DNA of 64,000 nucleotides from a virus: IMG/VR virus record IMGVR_UViG_3300045988_154248; one strand, 5' to 3'. Shown piece by piece: positions 61,848 to 64,000 of this stretch (position 1 is its first letter; each line of letters starts with the position of its first letter). The notes under the pieces were generated by a model. It saw only the letters and a program-made list of their open reading frames with translations, ran no database searches and was not told where the DNA came from. The position numbers and the translations under genes were made by a program.

Positions 61848-62426
61848 ATGCCGACAGCACGAGCAAAAAAGGAAACCGCTACTGCAACTAGAAAAGTAGC
61901 TACTAAAGTTGAGACAAAAACAACCGTAGAAGAACCAATTGAAGAAAAAATCGAAAAAGAGAAAAAGGTATTTACAGATTCAGATTATATTCTGTGTCGA
62001 TCAGTATGTTATGGTGGATTAAACATCACGTCTCAATCTGGAAATGTTTATGAATTCAAAGATTATGGATATGATTGCGAAATCAATTATCGTGACCTGG
62101 TTTCTTTGATTAGAAAAGGTTCAGACCATGTATTCTTACCAAGATTTGTTATCCTGGATGACGATTTACTGGAAGATTTTCCTACTGTAAAAAAAGTATA
62201 TGAGAAAATGTATACAAGAAATGATTTGCTCAAAATTCTTGATATGTCTACAAGACAGATGGAAATGGAAATCAAAGAGCTGCCAGAAGCTACAAGAACC
62301 ATCCTGGAACAGATGATTGCTACAGAGATTGCTAATGGTCATCTTGACAGTATTGCAAAAGTAAGAAAACTCAGTGAAATCTTTGATTCGGATTTTAATC
62401 TTCTAAGTGAATTATTTGTTAAATAA
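61848..62426 (+). CDS. hypothetical virion-module protein
   Basis: 192-aa ORF with GGAGGG upstream. Confidence 0.5.
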   Translation: MPTARAKKETATATRKVATKVETKTTVEEPIEEKIEKEKKVFTDSDYILCRSVCYGGLNITSQSGNVYEFKDYGYDCEINYRDLVSLIRKGSDHVFLPRFVILDDDLLEDFPTVKKVYEKMYTRNDLLKILDMSTRQMEMEIKELPEATRTILEQMIATEIANGHLDSIAKVRKLSEIFDSDFNLLSELFVK

Positions 62427-62437
62427 AGGAGGTTAAG

Positions 62438-62893
62438 ATGATACTTCCTTATGAAACTATCTTTTCAAGGGCATTGGGAAAAATTGATGATCCGAAAGAA
62501 TTAGCATTAAACTCTAATGATTTTTATGAGATTTACACCGAAAGACTACACAATGTACTTGGAGATGCAAGAATCAGAAGACTCTTCTCTTCTATTGTAT
62601 TGGACGATGAATTTCAAGAAGTTTCTTTTAATCTTGTAAATACAATAGATGAAAGTTCTGATATTGAATATGTGTGCAAATTATTTGTTTTAGGGATTAC
62701 AATTGAATGGCTCAGTCCAAGAGTCGATTCTTTGAATTATACCATTATGATGGTTGGTGGAAAAGAAGAAAAAATGCTAAACAATCCATACAGATTGCTT
62801 CAGACAAGATTAGAAAATGTACAGAAGGAATTAAGTAAGACTATTAGAGATCATGGTTATCTTTATAACTCTTATATTAATAAGGGTACATAA
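62438..62893 (+). CDS. putative head-tail connector/adaptor (by position)
   Basis: 151-aa ORF with AGGAGG upstream. Confidence 0.45.
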   Translation: MILPYETIFSRALGKIDDPKELALNSNDFYEIYTERLHNVLGDARIRRLFSSIVLDDEFQEVSFNLVNTIDESSDIEYVCKLFVLGITIEWLSPRVDSLNYTIMMVGGKEEKMLNNPYRLLQTRLENVQKELSKTIRDHGYLYNSYINKGT

Positions 62894-62894
62894 T

Positions 62895-63260
62895 ATGGAT
62901 TATTTATATGGAACTTTTTCTGACGAACAAATAAAAAACGCAGCATGTTTAATGCACAAAAATATTCATAGATTACTTTTATATAAAGATAAGCTAGTGA
63001 CAGACAGAATTTTTAATTCAGATGATGATTTCAAAAAATACTTTGAAGATATTCTATTTAAATTCGGTGGACTTAATACATTATTAGGTTATCCAAATGA
63101 TATGCTGCTTTTAATTTCGACATTACAGGCGGCATACGATCTAATAGATAGTCCAAAATATAGTTATAGAATATTTAGAAAAGCTATTCTAGATTCTCAT
63201 GGATATATTAAAGCTATGTTAGAGGAGGTAAATAGTCATGCCAAACCTATCAACAGCTAG
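62895..63260 (+). CDS. hypothetical virion-module protein
   Basis: ORF track gives 62853..63260. ATG at 62895 begins MDYLYGTF. Confidence 0.5.
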   Translation: MDYLYGTFSDEQIKNAACLMHKNIHRLLLYKDKLVTDRIFNSDDDFKKYFEDILFKFGGLNTLLGYPNDMLLLISTLQAAYDLIDSPKYSYRIFRKAILDSHGYIKAMLEEVNSHAKPINS

Positions 63261-64000
63261 ACGTATATCAAGCATACGATCAAATGATGCAAAAACAATT
63301 GGTGAAATAACAAAAGAAAACTCAGATTTTCTTATGGAACAAACATTTGATCATGACATCCAGGCAAAAAAGTGTTATATATATGATTTTTACCATGATG
63401 ATCAGCCAGATAAAAATCAGAATATGACTTATGACAATACAACCAAAACTCCAATTGATGCAAAGTTTATTATTAATTCTTATCAGTCTATAGATAAGGA
63501 TCAGGTTCCTTATTATCTACAATTTCGTCCGTCTCAAAAATATTCTTTTTCCGAGAATGATGATTTGTATTATTATGAAACAGATTATCACGAACGGTAT
63601 CTAGCCGATTTTCCGATTGGGTTATTCGTCGATATCCCAGATGATAATAAAATTTATCATAAATGGTTAATTGTTGGAAGAGAAATTGCAAACCAATTTC
63701 GAAAGTATTTAATTCTTCCATGTGATTATAATTTGACATGGATTGAAAAAACTGGTCAAAACAGAATTAAGCGGAAAATGTGGGGTGTGCTTCGAAACCA
63801 GAATTCGTACACAACTGGAAAATACAGAGACCACTACTTTGCCCACCCAGACAACCAGGATAAAATTTGGTTCCCATTAAATCCGATCACAGAAAAGTTT
63901 TGGTACAACGATGACGTTAGTAAAACAATGCGTCTTATTATTAGCGCGCCAACAGAACATCCTTTGGCATGGTCTGTAACAAAAATAGAAAACACAAAAC
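63238..64000 (+). CDS. hypothetical virion-module protein, 5' part (runs off window)
   Basis: ATG at 63238 after GAGGAGG. The frame is open to base 64000 (MPNLSTARRISSIRSNDAKTIGEI...). Absent from the ORF track because no stop codon lies in the window. Confidence 0.5.
   Translation, partial: MPNLSTARRISSIRSNDAKTIGEITKENSDFLMEQTFDHDIQAKKCYIYDFYHDDQPDKNQNMTYDNTTKTPIDAKFIINSYQSIDKDQVPYYLQFRPSQKYSFSENDDLYYYETDYHERYLADFPIGLFVDIPDDNKIYHKWLIVGREIANQFRKYLILPCDYNLTWIEKTGQNRIKRKMWGVLRNQNSYTTGKYRDHYFAHPDNQDKIWFPLNPITEKFWYNDDVSKTMRLIISAPTEHPLAWSVTKIENTK

Overview
The window reads as one contiguous piece of a large, low-GC tailed phage or prophage genome of Firmicutes type. No cellular housekeeping genes are present. 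There are two divergent arms. Bases 1-26.4 kb carry about 70 tightly packed minus-strand ORFs. Most are small, acidic orphans typical of early genes. This arm also holds an IS4-family insertion, a serine recombinase and an HTH-ParB fusion protein. Bases 26.4-28.4 kb are a repeat-dense control and origin region with tandem DnaA boxes. From 27.2 kb onward the genes run on the plus strand. Recognisable products are an RHH regulator, a replication-type protein, GIY-YIG, LAGLIDADG and HNH homing endonucleases, and dCMP deaminase. Also recognisable are a YonO/RdRP-like single-subunit RNA polymerase, PIN-PhoH, an IS200/IS605 TnpA-TnpB unit, ClpP and an Mre11-like phosphoesterase. The arm further carries HU, an antirepressor, a tyrosine integrase, a DUF262 protein and five tRNAs. 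A late module follows, running from terminase through portal and capsid to connector genes. The main second-look items are listed here. (1) A roughly 1 kb ORF-free structured block next to tRNA-Ile, which is a candidate giant ncRNA. (2) A GC-rich island combining a 0.6 kb structured leader, repeated CAAGU-loop hairpins and an orphan 320-aa protein. (3) A two-copy three-way-junction RNA motif supported by covariation. (4) A TGAAA-N6-TTTCA element repeated between early cistrons. (5) G-depleted leaders. (6) A PIN domain with no canonical start codon. Functions are inferred from motifs read by eye. No database search was possible.
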